A stretch of DNA of 64,000 nt. Origin: Octopus sinensis. Taxonomy: Eukaryota. The notes below the pieces were generated by a model that saw only the letters and a list, made by a program, of their open reading frames with translations, had not been told where the DNA came from and searched no databases. Of the stretch, positions 13,195-27,684 are shown one piece after another (within the stretch, counting starts at the first letter, position 1; each line of letters starts with the position of its first letter). The stretch lies in contig NC_043009.1 in NCBI RefSeq assembly GCF_006345805.1, positions 43,524,001-43,588,000 of the forward strand, read 5' to 3'. Made by a program: the position numbers and the translations under genes.

Positions 13195-14134
13195 CTGTGA
13201 ATAGAAGAAATCCTAAGAGACTGTAATAAAGTAACCGTACATATCTGAAATGATTTCTATAATTATTATTACATTTTTTTTGACTATGCACATGGCTTAA
13301 TTTTTTATAGGAGAAGGTGGAAGAGGATGAGATTGAGGTGAGGGTGGAGGTAACTATAACCCTGCTATCCCATATGGTATATACATAGTATTGCCACTGA
13401 TGTATATTTTGCCGACTTTAAATAGAATCTGTAGAGGTAAGATTTTTCTACAGCCAGGTGCCCTTCCTGTCATCAACCTTCACTCATTTCCAATCTCCTT
13501 GATATCCAGTCCCTGTCATTTAGTTTGTCAACAATGCATTCTCTTTAAAGAATGCATAAATTTATCAGTTTAAAAAACTATTATAATAAATAAATATAAC
13601 AAGCTAATTATAAACAAAGAAAGTAGTTACACAACAAACTATCTAAGCTTAGGACTTTATATTAAATATACAGAATGTATAGGGATTTACTGTTCGATTT
13701 CTTTCCAAGTATACTACAATGAACCTCATCATTTTAATGTCTACAACAAAATGATTATAAATATATATATATAATAATGTATACATATATGCATACAGAG
13801 CCTCTTAGCTTTAGTATGGAGGCTATGAAGATAAATCTAACATGTAGTGCCAAGAAATAAACTATAGCATACTGGATAACTAGATGAGGGAAGAGAGTGG
13901 GTACTGTAGTTTTTGAGATACAAGTTGAATTTTTCAGACCAAAATTTACTACAAAAAACAAAAAGTCGGTCAACTTATGGACCTAGACAACTTGGGAGGA
14001 CCAAAAATTCCATATGAAATATAGTAGGATTTGGAAAAAAAAAAAATCAGGTTGATGATGTTTGAATGTTTGCACTACGTACTATGTTGACTTGTATGTT
14101 AAAAATCATGGAAATATATTGAATAAATAGTTAC

Positions 14135-14820
14135 CTTTTCTGATTCCGACGGTGAAGGTTTCCCATTTAAACTTGTTGTATGTGGTGAAAGATTATTGAG
14201 GGACAGTCCAACAGGAACTGCAGCATGGTTAGGAAGACCAAGGTACGGGCTGCTCACGTACTGAGGCGGTGGAGCAACCCCAAATGGTGTCCGGCTACCA
14301 ACCAAAGCGGACATTTCTGTAGGGGAAGATGTTAATGGCAGACGTTGTTGATGGTTACTATGAGCGGGGGGTGGAGTTATAATAGCTTCTACCTTTGACT
14401 GAGAGGCACTCAGATTCACAGAGTCTTCGGATGAAGATTTCTCCAGCTTCATTTCATATCTTGGCTTGGACAGATTTAAGGGCATGTCTTGGTCACTGGC
14501 GGCGGCAGCAGCAGCGGCAGCAACAGCAGCTGCTGCTGCTACTGCGACGGACGAGTTGTATCCGGTTGAGTTGTTTGCCCAGATGTTGTTGGCCTGTACA
14601 GCTGTAGCAGTGGTGGCCATTGCAGGATTGGCATGAGGAGATGACACAGGACTATGGTGCTGAAGACTCGGGGAAGGCAATGTTCTGGGTATTGATGGTG
14701 CGGTCAAGTGGTATGGTGAGGTAGCAATGTGAGGAGAAGATGAGACGCGGCGTGATTCCACGCTGATTGGTGAGGAGATTTTCGATGAAGAACATGACTG
14801 ACTAATCACAGGCGTTGAAA
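14135..14820 (-). CDS. SoxD: SoxD exon, 686 nt, Ser/Pro-rich, poly-Ala tract and PLNLS motif
   Basis: Lies within the 243-aa ORF 14099-14830. Acceptor ttgttttcag|TT at 14821 (phase 1); donor GAAAAG|gtaact at 14134 (phase 0). Confidence 0.9.
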
Positions 14821-14910
14821 CTGAAAACAAAGCAAAAAAGAAAAAAAATTATATAGATTATATATAAAACAAAAAAACAAGTGAATAATAATAATAATAA
14901 TAGTAATAAT

Positions 14911-15128
14911 AATCCTTTCTACTAAAGGCATAAGGTCTGATATGGGGGTAGGTTTATTACATCAACCCCAGTATTCAACTGGTACTTATTTTACAGACCC
15001 CAGAAAGATAAAAGGCAAAGTCAACCCCCCAGCGGTATTTGAACTCAGAACGTGATGACATACAAAATGCTGTAAAGCATTTTACCGGGCATACTAATGA
15101 TTCTATACATGTAAATTCAGATAATACA

Positions 15129-15207
<79 letters not shown>

Positions 15208-16080
15208 GAAAATGAAACCTCAAATCATCCAACCCATGCCAGCATAGAAAATGGACATTAAATGATGATGATGATACAGACAAATATGTATACGTTTATA
15301 CATATACACACATATAACCATACACATACATTCACAGACACACACACACCTACTAAAATTTTAAAAATACAATGCTGAAGTGTAATGTAACTTGCTGAAA
15401 AGGGAACAATACAATAACTGGTGTAGAATTTGATCTCACGACCTTCAGGTTCAGTAGTCCAGCTTCTGAATAAACCACTCAACAATGAAACAACCACAAA
15501 ACAAAACAACTTTTCCTCAACACACACACACACAAAGAAAACCACAGTCAACTACAATACAGAGAAGTTCAAATAACGATCATTTACAACATTATTTATA
15601 AATGAAAACTGTGTGTTATCTGAGAAATGTTTAAATATTTATAGCCAACAATCCTTTCTACTATAGGCAGAAGGCTTGAAATTTGGAGAGGGATAGTCTA
15701 TTATATCGACCCCCAGTACTCAACTGGTACTTAATTTATCAACCCCGAAAGGATGAAAAGCAAAGTTGACCTCGGTGGAATTTGAACTCAGAAAGTATTG
15801 GCAGACGAAATACTGCTAAGCATTTTGCCCAGTATGCTAACAACTCTGCCAGCTCACCACATTACTTTATAGTCAATAATAATAATAATAATAATAATAA
15901 TCCTTTCTACTAAAGGCACAAGGTCGGAAATTTGAAGGAAGAGGACCAGTCAATTACATCGACCCCCAGTACTTTACTGGTACTTGTTTCATCAACTCTG
16001 AAAGGATGAAAGTCAAAACTGACCGTAGCAGAATTTGAACTCAGAATGTGAAGATAAAAGAAACACATCTAAGCATTTTG
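14911..16080 (-). mobile_element. Cluster of three family A SINEs (14911-15103, 15650-15858, 15899-16080)
   Basis: Each carries aatcctttctact and gaaaggatgaaag-caaag-tgacc motifs; flanked by (AAT)n. Confidence 0.75.
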
Positions 16081-16754
16081 ATAATGATAATGATAATGAA
16101 ATAACTCAACCTCCATTCCACTAAAGTTACCTTACCTAATAAAAAAAATTAAAAAAGGAAATGGCGACTTGTAAAAATTCTTACTAAATTATTGTTTTTT
16201 TTTTTCTTTTGAAAAATGTTAGCAGAAAAATCTATACTGATATTATACGGAAAATATAAAGAAAAAACAAATAAAAGATCAACATTTGGTCACCAGTTTA
16301 ATCCAACTAAACTGTACACAGCAGGAATAACCATTTTTGAGATGGGAAGACAATGTAAAGTGATGACATACAATTGTTCTCTGATTCCAAGAGAGATGTT
16401 TACCATTATTTCTAGTGAGAGATCAAAAGAATCTGAAATGGATTTTTTTTTTTAATTTCTCTATTTTTTTTCTTCTTCAAGAATGGATTGTTATTGTCAT
16501 CACACTTCATCTCAGTGTGTGTGTGTGTGTGTGTGTGTGTACAAGTGCATGAAACAGTGAGAGAGAATATGATAAAACTGAAATAAATACAAAAAAAATA
16601 AAAAATTATTATATTGGGTTAAGAAACCTAGATTCTTTATATATTCTTTGAAGTAGAAGGAGAGGGTAAATCAGCACCCACATTGAGTGACAGAAAATTC
16701 AAGATACGCAGGCACACAGATATCTATCTATAAATGTGTGGAAATCTGTATATG

Positions 16755-16787
<33 letters not shown>

Positions 16788-18012
16788 CCACTTATTGTTC
16801 TCTTTTCCTTTATTTAGGAATAAATTCTACATAAGAAATTCATCACAACCAACTTTTTGAATTGTGCTAGAAGACGAGGAAGAAGGGTAAAAAATAAAAA
16901 TTTTAAAAAAAGGTGGGTGTGGGTGGGTGGGCAAGTGTGTGTGTGTGTGTGTTCAAACTGAAACAATAGACCAATTGTTGCTAAACAATGATATAGGCTG
17001 CTTTTGTTTTTAAAGAATTATTTGGCCTTTGCTCTAACTTTCTTGCTATTATTGTGCATGTATACATGTGTGAGACAAGAAACATATATGTACATACATA
17101 CATAAATATTTACACACATATATATATATATATATATATACATCTTCATTTTATGGATTAAAATACATATTCTATTTTTTTACCATTATAAAACAATACA
17201 ATTTCCTACTGAACCTATTTCTATTTCAGTGTGTGTGTGTGTGTATATATATATATATTTTATACACATATATATAGGCAAAGGTATGACTATGTGATTA
17301 AGAGGTTCACTCAGTAACCATGCAGTTCTCGGTTCAATCTCACAGCATGGTACCTTGAACTGTTCAATGCCTTGAAGTGATATTTTATTAGAAAGTGCAT
17401 TGAAGCCAATCCTGTTTGTTGATGATGATGATGATGAAGATGAGTACTGTGATGATGATGATGATGATAGTGGTAGGACCCACAAAGGATGAGAAAATGT
17501 GTTGAAAATATGAAACAGTACACTTTCAACCACAACTGCAATGAACTAACAATCAAACAGTTACTTGACAGTTTAGAAATAGCAGTCGAATTTCCCTCAA
17601 ATTGCATGCATCATCATCATCATTGAAAAAATAATTCTTTTAAAAATTTTGACACAAGGCCAGCATTTCTGAGAGGCAGAAGTCAATTACTTCAACTCTA
17701 GTGCTCAACAGGTACTCGTTTTTGTGATTACGTTACCCCAGAAGGATGAGAGGCAAAACCAACCCTGGTGGCATTTGAACACAAAATGTAAAGCCTGAAG
17801 AAACATTTCTTTGCCAGCTTGCCACCATTTGACGGCCAGTGTTGGTTTGTTTATGTCCTCATAACTTAGCAGTTTAACAAAACAGAATGATAGAATAAGT
17901 ACAAGGTTTTAAAAATAAAGCAGTGGGGCCAATTTGTTCAACTAAACCTTCAAAGACTGTGCCCCAGCATGGCCACAGTTCAATGACTGAAACAAGTAAA
18001 ATATAAAAAATG

Positions 18013-18192
18013 AACGTCCATTTTCCATGCTAGCATGGGTTGGATGGTTCACTGGGTTCTGGAAGCCAGAGGCTGCGCCAGGCCCAGTCTGATCTGGAAA
18101 CCCTGCCAGATCAGACTGGGCCTGGCGGCAGCTTCTGGCTTCCCAGACCCCAGTTGAACCATCCACCCATGCTAGCATGGAAAATGGACGTT
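18013..18192. repeat. Foldback of two truncated copies of the (GAT)n-tailed retroposon 3' end (family D)
   Basis: Arms of 85 and 87 nt with an 8-nt loop aaaccctg. The same sequence occurs singly at 59510-59600 and 15222-15275. Confidence 0.8.
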
Positions 18193-18973
18193 AAACGATG
18201 ATGATGATGTATTTATATCTTCATATATAATAGAAATTTTCACTTCCAGTGGCCAAGTGTGTAAGAATTTAGTCCAAAGACTATATATATATATGTATGT
18301 ATGTGTATATATCTTTCATGTGTATGTGTGTTATTTATAACTATAATGTGATATTAAGACAGAGGTAAACACACAAATACACATACACACATACATGATG
18401 TTATATGATTGCAATGCCTTTGATGATAAGCTTGTTTAATCAGGGCTGAGCAAGGACTAAACAGCAACAAGAAGAAAAACAACAACTCTTTTGACACCCC
18501 TAAAAATCAACATCACTGGATCACCACTGCCACCACCACCACCTTCACAACCACCACTGTCATCATGATAATTAAGACGAATCAAAGATCTCCCTAGCAG
18601 ATATCCTGTTCAGGAAAGTGTGTATAAAAGTTTTCCTTTCTGCTTGTTTAGGCACAATGAAAGGCCGACTCAGTAGGGTAGCGTTGATGTTTTGCAGGGA
18701 GTTTGGACATAGATATTTGGGAGTGGGGGGAATCATGAAGTCAGAGCCGAAGAAAGATTTATAATAACGGGTAACAGCGGCAGCAAGGAAGGAAACGATA
18801 TAAGAATAACAACAACAACAACGACAGCCGCAAGTGGAAGATAACAAATGTATAGATGTGTGAGTGAACAGATGTATGTGTGTGTGTGTGTGTGTGTTAT
18901 ATGTACTTATATATTTATTCATATTTGGCTTTATGCTTATATTCACTAAAAGGCTTATGCTGTGTGATTATAA

Positions 18974-19020
<47 letters not shown>

Positions 19021-20624
19021 TGTCTGTGCCTACTTCTATATAATATATCAGTTGCTTCCTCCAAATCCATATCATTTGGATTTCTCTTACAGTAACTCTT
19101 CATGCTATTGGCCTTGCTCTGGATAAAGAATTCAAAGTTTAAGTTTTGAGTGTAGAAACCACATAGTGATGTGGTTTCTACACTGAGCATAGCCTGCTCC
19201 CACCTATCATCTGTGTTGTGTGTGTGTGTGTGTGTATATACTCCAGTAATGTAACTGCATGTGGACACACACACACACATATATGACTGGCTTCTTTCAG
19301 TTTCTGCCTACCAAATCCGTTCACAAGGCTTTGGTTGGTCTGAGGCTGTAGTAGAAGACATTTGGCCAAGATGCCATGCAGTGGGACTGAACCCGGAAAC
19401 ATGTGGTTGGGAAGCAAGCTTTTTACCACACAGCAACTCCTGCGCATATGTATGTGTGTGCATGCACGCGCACATGGCTCTACTTAATCACACAACAAAG
19501 CTCCAAGCCCATATATATATTCATACATACATATATATACACACACCCACAAACATGTTAAACATATTAAGGGGATCTTAAAGGGAGGACTATAGATCAT
19601 AGACATCTTTAAAGTTGTCCCATGAAACCTGGGCCCTTTGACACACACACTAGCAGACAGAGCAATAACTCCTTAACTAATTGCCCAACCAAACACCCAG
19701 TCAAGAGCTTGACCCTCCTTGTATCACAGCACTTATTTCTGCTCCCTTTCTTTTTTTATTTCCTCTGTTTTTACTTTCATTTCTTTCTGTACATCACATC
19801 ATAGTGCCAATAATGGCAGGTGCCAACAAGGGAATGCAAATGACCACGATAATGGTAACAACAACACTGATGATGAGGACAATGCTGACAACGATGGTGA
19901 TCATAATGATAACGATGAAGAATAGCCGCAGTGGAGGTGATGGCAGTAGCGGTGGTAGTAGTAGTTCTGAGAGCGAAACTCATTCTCCTTACCTCCAGAA
20001 TAACAACAATAACATTAACTAACAACAGCAGCAGCAACAACAAGAACAAGTTAACTAGAGCAGTGGGAAATCTTATTAGAGACAAGAAAAACATATGCCA
20101 AATTACTCTATCTTAAAAACCAGATCTTCACTGACTAAACACCACCCCTACGCTGCCAAAAATGGGGGGTTGTGGCAAAGAGAGGGCAAGGAGGAGGACT
20201 TTGATTAATGGTGGTTGCAAGAGTAGGGGCCCCTGTAAGGAGGTATAGAGTGTATGTGAGACTCTGTGTGTGTGTGTGTTTGTGTAGGGGATAAAGAGGT
20301 GGTGCTGGTGTGTACCGGGTGGTGGGGGTGGGGGGAAATTGAGCAACGGCAATTTACTTTGGCTTGTTGAGCAGATATGATTATCTCTTTTTGCAACTAT
20401 ATAAAAGTACAAACCCAAACACACACACACACACACATACATGTATGTATATATATGGCCTCTGACACACACTCAAATGTATGCATGTCAGTCAATATAT
20501 ATCTTTGGATATATATGTTTATACACATACATATTTACTTATATATACATAGGAGTATATATATATATATATATATTTACTCACACATGGGTATATATAT
20601 ATATATATATATATAAATATATGC

Positions 20625-20770
20625 ATACATACATATAAATATATACATACATACATATAAATATATACATACATACATATAAATATATACATATAAATAT
20701 ATACATACATACATATAAATATATACATACATACATATAAATATATACATACATATATATATATATATAT
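20625..20770. repeat. Higher-order microsatellite, ~22-bp unit catacatacatataaatatata
   Basis: About 6 units visible. Confidence 0.8.
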
Positions 20771-23150
20771 ATGTTACCAACCAACAAACAAATGTTCAGA
20801 GTTGATATATATAAACTTAAACATACATATATACATGCTTGTACACGCATTCTTTATGTGTATATATTCTTATGTATACATACATGTGTGTATGTGCAGT
20901 TAGCCTTCCTTATTATCAATAAGCAACTTCCTTGCTACTATCTTCCCTATTTGTCTTCCTCCCTCATTCTTCAACTCTTCCTCCATCCACCAGCCTCCCC
21001 CAACCGCCGACCCTCCCAAATGCCGGAAGTTTCTGGAAGCCCAGGAGCTGATTTTTATCTCTTGAAACACACACAAAAAAGTCATTTATGTAAAAATATG
21101 ATGTTGACAAAAAATACATTAACTCTCCGTGTTACTGCAGGGGATGTGTGTGGAAAGTGTGCGTGCATGCATGGATATCAGTGTGTGTGTGTGTGTGTGT
21201 TTGCTTGCATATGTCTGTGTGTTGCTGAACCAGCGCCAAAGAAAACATCACTAAAGGCCCACATCTGAGCAAGAAAAAAAAAAGAAAAGTTTTTTAAGAA
21301 ACAGAATATAAAGAAAGAGAACCCTGCATTCTGCTTTGCTATTATAAAGATTACAGTCTGAGGTTTAACTGATTTCACTGTTTGTTATTATAGAATATTT
21401 ACGAAGAATATTTCTGCTCAAGACTGAATAATGGTGATGGAATTAATGGATTAATGGTTGAGTGCATTAACACTATACATTAGATTTTAATCTATTGTAA
21501 GGGTCCCTTTTGCATGCATGTAGAGAAGTTTTCCTTATAGTAAGTTCTGCAGCTCATTGCTGTGGTCAGTGATACAAAGCTCCGATGTTGAACATATGGG
21601 GTAAAATGAAATTCTAATATTTACTGGTCAGAAAAGGACTGAATACCAGATCATTTGAAAACGTTGCCTGTGATAATCCACAAGGATGATGTCTATATGG
21701 GCAGAGATTATAGTTCATACTTATCCCCAGGCCAACCCTCATTAAGCAGCCCTATGGTGAAAGGCATGTTAGCCACAACATCCCATCGAGTTTCCACTCA
21801 ATGCATTGTGGACTTCTAAAGATGCTTTGGTTTGAATTGAAGAAGAGACTTGGCTATTATTTCTAGCAGTTTAATCAATCAGGAAGAAAACCCATTGTTG
21901 GTTCATGTCTTCACTGAGGTATCAAGAATAAATAGGAAATCATTGGAAAAAATTTAAAATTCACCTGGCATTGTACTCCATCCTTGTTATTTGTTGAATA
22001 TCACAAACCAGATTTTAACACTTTTGTTACCAAATTTATATTGAAAAATATTACATTTGTTTCAATTACTTTCCGCCGCCCTAACCACTGGGCCATTGCG
22101 CCTCCACATATATACACACCAAACAACACATCCAGAAATTGTTTCATTTGGAACAGATTAACATGAAATTTTGATGGAACGTTTCAATTTAGATCTCTTT
22201 AAAGTTGGAATTTGGAACTGTAGTACCAAAAGGCAGTACTGGGCAGTGTAGAAAGGTTGGGAATCACAGTCCTGCTCAGAGATGGAGGTCTTTAGTGGTG
22301 CTCCAACAGTCTTTGAGATGTTCTATAAGAATAAATTCCATTTGAGGTAATATCAAACCTCACTGGTTATGTGGTGAGCAGTTAATAGCAGTGATATATT
22401 AGGGGATATCGTTATTCAGATTACTGATGATGGCTAAAATAATAAACAGAACAAACATGATATTTGATATCTTTGTTCTACCTCTTTTTGTTAGTTAAAG
22501 ACTGCTTGATCTGTCTTTGGTCATTATTCACTGATATATATATATATATAAGAAATCCTCTCATTTAACAGAGGAGAAGGCTTGGTTTGAACTTTGGAAG
22601 CTGTCAGCTGGACAAGCATAATCAAATTGTTTATTTTTAATAACATCAAAAGACCTCTGAGTGAAGTCTTTTTATTTTCATGTTGTGTTAAAAAAAGAAT
22701 TAAATAAATTATGAAAAAAAAAAGTTAGACAAAAAAAGAATTTGCCAGAAATTGCAACCCATTTGTGTTGAACAGCTGGCTTCATTAAAACAAAAGGGAA
22801 ATGTAAAGTTACACACAAACACACACAGTGTATAAGAAAAACTCTTCAAAGGGAGAGAGAGAGTGTGTTAGAGAAGTGTTTATGTCATAGATTGTGTAGA
22901 CAGCCTTTTATCAACGTGGATAAGGCAAAACTTACCTCATACACACATAAATATATATTTATATATATACTCACACACACACACATATATATACTTATAT
23001 TTACATACACACATATGTAATTCTAAAGAAACGGTAAAAAATAAACTTAGGAAAAAAACAAATTCCAACAAAACACCTAAAAGTAACAAGACCAGCATAG
23101 TTAACAATATCTTTGGGAAGAACTCAGAAATGACTGCACCACCAAAATAT

Positions 23151-23369
23151 ATATTTCTTTATTGCCCACAAGGGGCTAAACATAGAGGGGACAAACAAGG
23201 GATTAAGTCGTTTACATCGACTCCAGTGCGTAACTGGTACTTAATTTATCGACCCCGTTAGGATGAAAGGCAAAGTCGACCTCGGCGGAATTTGAACTCA
23301 CAACGTAACGACAGACGAAATACGGCTACGCATTTCGCCTGGCGTGCTAACGTTTCTGCCAGCTGCACC
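23151..23369 (-). mobile_element. Family A SINE, A2 tail
   Basis: Reverse complement of 61529-61760. Confidence 0.8.
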
Positions 23370-23993
23370 ACCAAAATATAATAGACATGCACAACTTGGT
23401 ATATCCTTCCAATACCAACCCAGCCAAGATACTGATCTAGTTCTATCACAAATAGCCTTTCAAAGTGGCATTTAAAATACGACCTCTGATCTACTATATT
23501 ATTGAAGAATCAATCACATCACCAGGGTAAAGGGCATATCTCATAACCTCTGAGATTAACGGAAGGGAGGAAAATAAGCGGGATTCTGGGTTGAATAATT
23601 GTGGATTCTGTTAAAGAAATTAAAAGAGGAGGTGTTGGCTTTACAATGATAACCTATTAGAGACCAAGGACAGACAAGGCTTTAGGTGAAGACTTGGACA
23701 TATGAGAGAAAGAGGATATAGAAATGTGAATGAATATGTATGTGTGTGTGTGTATATATATATACACATACATACAGCTTTACATAGGTGTATACATGTT
23801 TTAACTGCACTGATTAGTAACTGTTGCACTTGCAACCCTCCTATAATACTGGTGCCGTTTCTTCAATATCCTTCAATTCAACTGTTTAAAGTTTTTTTTT
23901 ATTTAGCTACTCTACCTGGTATGATGTAGTGTCGTTCGTTAAGTTAGACACGAACTATCTTCAATTCAAGTTTTTATTGGATAATCACTTATA

Positions 23994-24034
<41 letters not shown>

Positions 24035-24454
24035 CGCACACACACACGTGACAAGATACCGATGAGGTGAAATGCATGATTACATAATGTCTCTACTTGT
24101 TATATAATTCTTTTGGCATTTTACTGAAACACGTGTTTGTTGTATAAAGCCAAATAAGAACATAGGCTTGAAACATCAAAGACTTTTCCATTTTTCCTGA
24201 GCATCAAACTAATACACCTGCTTGTTGTTCCTTTACCCGTTTCCTTCTTTTGTTTTCTGTAAATTTGAACTTATATACTTTTTTACAATACATATTAATT
24301 AACTTTTTACAAGGAAATGGTTGATTGTAATTTGGGAATTTCAGCTTGTTTGTTCTCCTCAAACAGAGTGATAAAAGCAAGCAATCAGAAACTTCAGAGT
24401 TACTATCAACCTTTCCCTTGTAAAGACTAACACACACAGACGTGAGTAAGTGCA

Positions 24455-24620
24455 TAAATGCAAAACAAGGTGGAAAAATAGTACTCGAATACTGAAGGTA
24501 GAGTAATATACTTTTTTTTTTATTAAAGTCTTGATCACGACTGTCTTAGGAATGGGAACGTGAAACTCTAAGTAACAGTTTTTGTGATGTTTTTGCGATT
24601 TTAATAAAAAAATAAGTATA
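24455..24620. mobile_element. P1 element copy, inverted arrangement, HHR core mutated (CUUAGGA)
   Basis: Shares aacaaggtggaaaaa-gtactc and gggaacgtgaaactc-agtaacag with the 12.1 kb and 49.5 kb copies. Confidence 0.6.
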
Positions 24621-25339
24621 TATATATATATATATGTGTGTGTGTATGTAAAATTTGTGATGATGAAATCTGCTGGAGTTTGAAGTCTCAAATCTCACCA
24701 GTGGCAGCAACAACAATAACAGCAACAACAATGATGACAATAGCAAGAGCAACAGCAGCAGTATTTAATAACTGTTTATAGTATAATTTCATTTTGAATA
24801 AACAATTTTGCTTTGCAGAACGTCTTTTGTATGATAAAGTACATCCGGTTATTCCAAAAGTTCTCCACTGCTTATTCTTCTAGTCCTCAATGTGATGATG
24901 TAAACGTTTCTTACTCTTTTTTTTTTTGGTTTTTCAACGTAAAAAAAGGGAGGAAATGAAATTGGCCGTTCGCACACAACTCTGCTCTTCCCCCCCCCCC
25001 GCTTTTTCTCTTTCATTTTTACTTTTGCCACGAGGGGTAAGCATTGAGATGAAGTGGTTGGTGGGGGTGGCAAATTTATAAAGAACTATGCTTCCTGTTA
25101 TATTAGGGTGGCAATTCTCTCCTAACCTCCATTCCCCAATCCCCAAACTATCCCCACCCCACCACCACCTCACTATTTAACTCAGCTGTCCTTAAGATGA
25201 ACCAGCAAAACTATGGATGTTAGTATTGGAAACAACATAAGGTGATTTTGTGTGCATGTGAATGTATGCATGTATATACATATATATATATAAAGCTGCT
25301 AAAGTTCAGTCCTGAGTTATATAAATTTATAGAGCCAGT

Positions 25340-25545
25340 TTCCTGGTTTTTGTGGTGTATATACTACCCCCTGGATGGGATGCCGGTCCATCGCAGGGAC
25401 ATTGGCTTTTGCCAGCTGAGTGGACCAGAGCAACATGAAGTGAAATGTTTTGTGGAAAAATACAATGCATCACCCGGTCCAGGAATTGAAACCACAATCT
25501 TATGATCATCAGTGCAACACCCTAACCACTAAGCCACGTGCTTAT
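25340..25545 (-). mobile_element. tRNA-headed SINE with a V-domain-like segment
   Basis: Minus strand head gcacgtggcttagtggttagggtg...ggtttcaattcc; ccctgcgatggaccggcatcccatccaggggg resembles the V-SINE domain as recalled, not searched. Confidence 0.55.
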
Positions 25546-27308
25546 GCTTTAAAAGGGGTTATGATTCCAAGGTTGAAGATTGTGCAATAGTCAAGAATCC
25601 AAAAGCTGCGATAACCATAAAGAAGGCTTCCGTTTCTTAGTAATCTTTTAATCTAAAGCATGGGATCAGAGTAAAGCTTACATTTAAAGATAAGCTGTTA
25701 TTTGAAGTTTAACTTTGATAAAACTAGATAATATTTAATAAATAAAGATTTCAATTTTTTTCTTTCTTTTTTTTTTTTTATCTAAGTATGGAACAGGGAG
25801 AAGTTTGTTATAGAAAACTGAAACAGCTACTGTTTTTACACTAATTCTAAAACCTCTACCAATTCACTCTACCACCCATCTTTACCATCACCACAGGAAA
25901 ATAGCAAAGAAGTTGATTCTTGGAATCATTTGACATTACAAAAACAGAAGGAACTACAAAATAATTCCTGGTACTTTGTCTACCCAGTTATTTTAACCAT
26001 TTTGGTTAGATCACTTGAATACTTTCTTGCCTTCTTTGAAACAAACTTTCTCTTTTAAAATGATCTGAATTGAAATCCTTCATTAAGATTTCGTATTAAT
26101 TTATGTTCCAAAACAAGTTATTTTACTGAATTCCTAATCATTTTTATTCTGTTTCTAATATCCATTCTTTGGTTCAAAACTGAACGAGGAAATATTGATT
26201 TGCATTTTCTGGACTAATGCACAAAGACTGTCACATATCTTGTCAATGTATTTTAGACGAGAGCTGTGAGAAGAGGGGATAAGTTCCTTAATGGCACAGG
26301 GGCATAAATTAAATAAAATAAAGTGTGGAAGGTATGTGTGTGTGTGGGGGGAATAGCTTCAAGTGAGAATGCAACTTGGTTACAAATCCAGCAACTTGCA
26401 GAGGAATAAATGCTTTACTTTTATAGAAATGAAATAAATAAGTAAATAAATAAAATAAAATAAACCAAGCCCACCCTACCCAACCCCTAATACAAAAATA
26501 AAAAAAATAAAATAAAATGAACATTTCAGTGGCTGAATTTGAAGATTTTTTTTCTAAAAATTTCAATAAATCAGACTCAATCTTTCATTTTTTACAGAAA
26601 AATTGGAATTTAGCATCAAGGCAGAATTTCTTTCCATGTACACACACACACATGCACATATAGACATAAATTCACATGCATAGACACACGCAAACATGCA
26701 TACTTATCTTAATGTAATAAAATATAGTTATTAAATGAGTTTTTCTTTAAAAAAAGTAAGAAACTCTGAACTATTAAAAAAATTGAAATTTCTAAAAAAA
26801 AAAAAGATTCCAAGAATAAGTATCTGAGGAATACATGAAATGGAAACTAAAGTCAGATAGGAATGGCACATTGGAAGATTCATTTAGACAAGAAAACCCA
26901 AAGACAAAAAGGGAAAAAAAAGTATTCTCTCAGGTGTTCCAGAGCATCAGAGCTGATCAGCGACAAGAGGGGGGGGGGAGGAGAAAAAAATGGTCAGTTG
27001 AGGCCATGAATGGAATGTCACAATGTTGTAAACATTATAGAGAAGGAAGTTTATTGCTTACAGATTATATTAAAACACTTAGTGGGTGGTGAAGTGTGGG
27101 AACATGCAAAATGAAAAAAAAAAAAGAAATCAAATCAAACATGGAAGGAATGCATATCTACCTACCTATATCTGTGGATTCTAAATACCCAGATATGTAA
27201 GTATTTAGAAGATTGAAAAAGGTAGAACCATATATATAAATCATATTACAAGCCACTGGTTTAAATTGATATTAATTGTTTAATATTAATTTCTACCCTC
27301 ATTATTTA

Positions 27309-27342
<34 letters not shown>

Positions 27343-27344
<2 letters not shown>

Positions 27345-27684
27345 GCACAGGAGTGGCTGTGTATATATATATATATATATATACAGGCACAGGAGTGGCT
27401 GTGTGGTAAGTAGCTTGCTTACCAACCACATGGTTCTGGGTTCAGTCCCACTGCATGGTACCTTGGGCAAGTGTCTTTTACTTTAGCCTTGGGCCAACCA
27501 AAGCCTTGTGAGTGGATATGGTAGACATTGCTTGACAACCGAAGCTGGTGTGTTTACGTCTCCGTAACTTAGTGGTTCAGCAAAAGAGACAGATAGAACA
27601 AGTACTAGGCTTACAAAGAATAAGTCCTGGGGTCGATTTGCTCGACTAAAAGGCGGTGCTCCAGCATGGCCACAGTCAAATGAC
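27343..27684 (+). mobile_element. Family B SINE with the first ~20 nt duplicated across a (TA)n run
   Basis: acaggcacaggagtggctgtgt occurs twice, at about 27341 and 27383. Confidence 0.75.

Larger units (their letters stand above)
6254..14820 (-). other. SoxD: SoxD-group (Sox5/6/13-like) HMG-box transcription factor gene, six linked coding exons; 5' part incomplete
   Basis: Exon phases chain consistently (1-0-1-1-2-1). Spliced product contains [93 protein letters not shown]. The [16 protein letters not shown] box and the post-HMG [16 protein letters not shown] tail are SoxD-diagnostic. Confidence 0.96.

Noticed and set aside
19992-20130. Possible minus-strand exon with strong donor GAG|gtaagg
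   Set aside because: Upstream sequence is simple-repeat rich with no supportable coding frame; a non-coding exon cannot be excluded.
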